From: Epiperipatus broadwayi
Taxonomy: Eukaryota; Animalia; Onychophora
Assembly (NCBI GenBank): GCA_028023455.1
Contig: JAQFVV010000006.1
Location: 7,564,001-7,628,000, forward strand
Direction: 5' to 3'
DNA: 64,000 bases
Shown here: piece after piece, positions 62,317 through 64,000 of the stretch
Numbering within the stretch: position 1 is the first letter of the stretch
Layout of the letters: each line of letters opens with the position of its first letter
The notes under the pieces: generated by a model
Seen by the model: only the letters and a program-made list of their open reading frames with translations
The model's database searches: none
Told to the model about the DNA's origin: nothing
Program-made: the position numbers and the translations under genes

Positions 62317-64000
62317 TTTTATCTTACATTGTGGGAGTTGGAGATTTAAATAATTGACTATTGCTATTGATATTTAATTTGCATAAGTTATTAATTTTTA
62401 TTAGATTTTGCTATCAAAAATGAATATGAATCACATGACTTAATTATCATCTCTAGATATAATATGACAAGTTTTTATTATTAAATAGATTTTACTATCA
62501 AATCCATCCACCTGACAAAAGTGTCTCCTCTGCTCCTACATTACAACTTGATTTTTATTTGACATGACTAAAAAAATTATCTTCTTTTGTTGTTTTTAAT
62601 TAAAAACAATATCTTGCTTTTTTAAAAAACTATTAACCAATACCTTTTTTTTTTTAAAGGCTCTTCTTAAAATAAAACAATTGATTTGTTTAAAAATAAT
62701 GCAATGTTTTAGTCTTGGAAAGTCACCAGAAGTTAATTTTTATTATAAAATGGTTAAAAGTGAGAGGAAAAAGGTACTGAGGGTAAACTCTTATAAATGG
62801 TTTTTCAATTTATATGTTCTCCTACAAAAAAAAAAAAAAAGGATAAATTACATTAAGTCTAAAATTATTCTTATAAATTTAATGCCTATGGCAAATATTA
62901 ACAAGTAAGGTAAAAAAAATCCAAAAAAAAATGATTAATTTAAAAATCAAACTGAAGATGTCACTTTGCACAGAATTGTGAAGACAGGTTGGGGTAAGTA
63001 GATAATAAAGTATAAAAATAGCACCTAACCCAGCTTACACAATACTTTTATGTAGCAAATTGATGTAATGCGATGCACTATGGCTTCTTCTTTATTGGGT
63101 CAGGAACCTCTCGGCCACTATGCCCACAGATACCTGTTAGCCTCCTTACCTTCCCCATCCTAAATTTATTCCCATATTTTTCTCCATCCTGCTCCATCCC
63201 ATTTCTATAATATATTGATATTTCCCTAACTCCACTTCATCTAGGGTAAGTTTGAGTAATCAGTCCATGCCAGATAATAATACTAAATAAATCCTTATTT
63301 AGTGCAATCCAGTTCAAAGTTTCTAAATGCTGTAGATTCAGATCCAAAACTCCATAAGCTGGAAACAGTGCTGGATAAAGATTTTATTAAGAACTACTAT
63401 ACTATTTGTACTGATTACTTGAGAATACATTGGATGGCAAAACTGTAAAATGTGCAATAGATTTGCTGAATAGACAATAAGGTACATTGGCCAAATAATG
63501 GTGTATGATCATTATCACTGTTAACACCATTAAAATATCTGGGGGAGATATATATATATAGTCATTATGTTTTAAGTTTGTAGTTTATGAAAAAGCAGCT
63601 ATTTTCAGAATGTTTAAAGCTTAGACACAAAGATATAAGGCCTGGGGTACCATCATATTTTGAATATTTATCAAAATGCATGACCAGTCATTAGATCACA
63701 TAGTCACACTAAGAATATTAACATTGATAAGAGTGTATAATGTTTTGTGAATTGAAATGGAAATCTAAGGGAATAAAAAGGCATGGAACTTATTTTGCAC
63801 ACCTAATTTTGGCAGAGGATATATACTTGTTGTACAAATAATGTTTCAGAGTTGTAGAAAATGTTGCAAGACTAACAGGTAGAAAGTAAGCAAGTAAGAT
63901 TGCTAAAAAGACTAAAATAATGCTGTATGGATTTTCTCAAAAGAGGCAAATAAAGATTGATAATCAGGGATTAGAAGTCATCATCTACAAATATGTTAGT

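Noticed and set aside
1-64000. Viroid-like, obelisk or viral origin for the ribozyme repeats
   Set aside because: No rod-like genome or conserved ORF is seen; the copies are chromosomal, truncated and inverted like retroposed elements.

Overview
AT-rich eukaryotic (animal, probably invertebrate) genomic DNA, largely intronic or intergenic and packed with decayed transposable elements: RTE-type LINEs, mariner/Tigger and hAT fossils, MITEs and tRNA-derived repeats. No host gene could be named, only low-confidence exon candidates. The main signal is invisible to the ORF track. About 14 copies of one type I hammerhead ribozyme (HHR) module (typically ACCAA-CUGAUGA-GUGCUG-GUU-CAGCAY-GAAA-U-ACGU-A-UA/UUGGU) sit in three different non-coding 340-440 bp repeat bodies (families A, B, C). 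These occur as tandem arrays or as head-to-head inverted pairs, and twice lie next to decayed Penelope-like (PLE) GIY-YIG endonuclease sequence. A separate element joins a tRNA-like Pol III head (A and B boxes) to a minimal HHR and a tail, and is inserted with the same inverted architecture, so it looks like a ribozyme-bearing SINE riding on PLE machinery. The HHR copies show structural covariation and a CpG-deamination pattern that either spares or destroys the catalytic G12. All alignments and folds were done by eye; coordinates of decayed elements are approximate.
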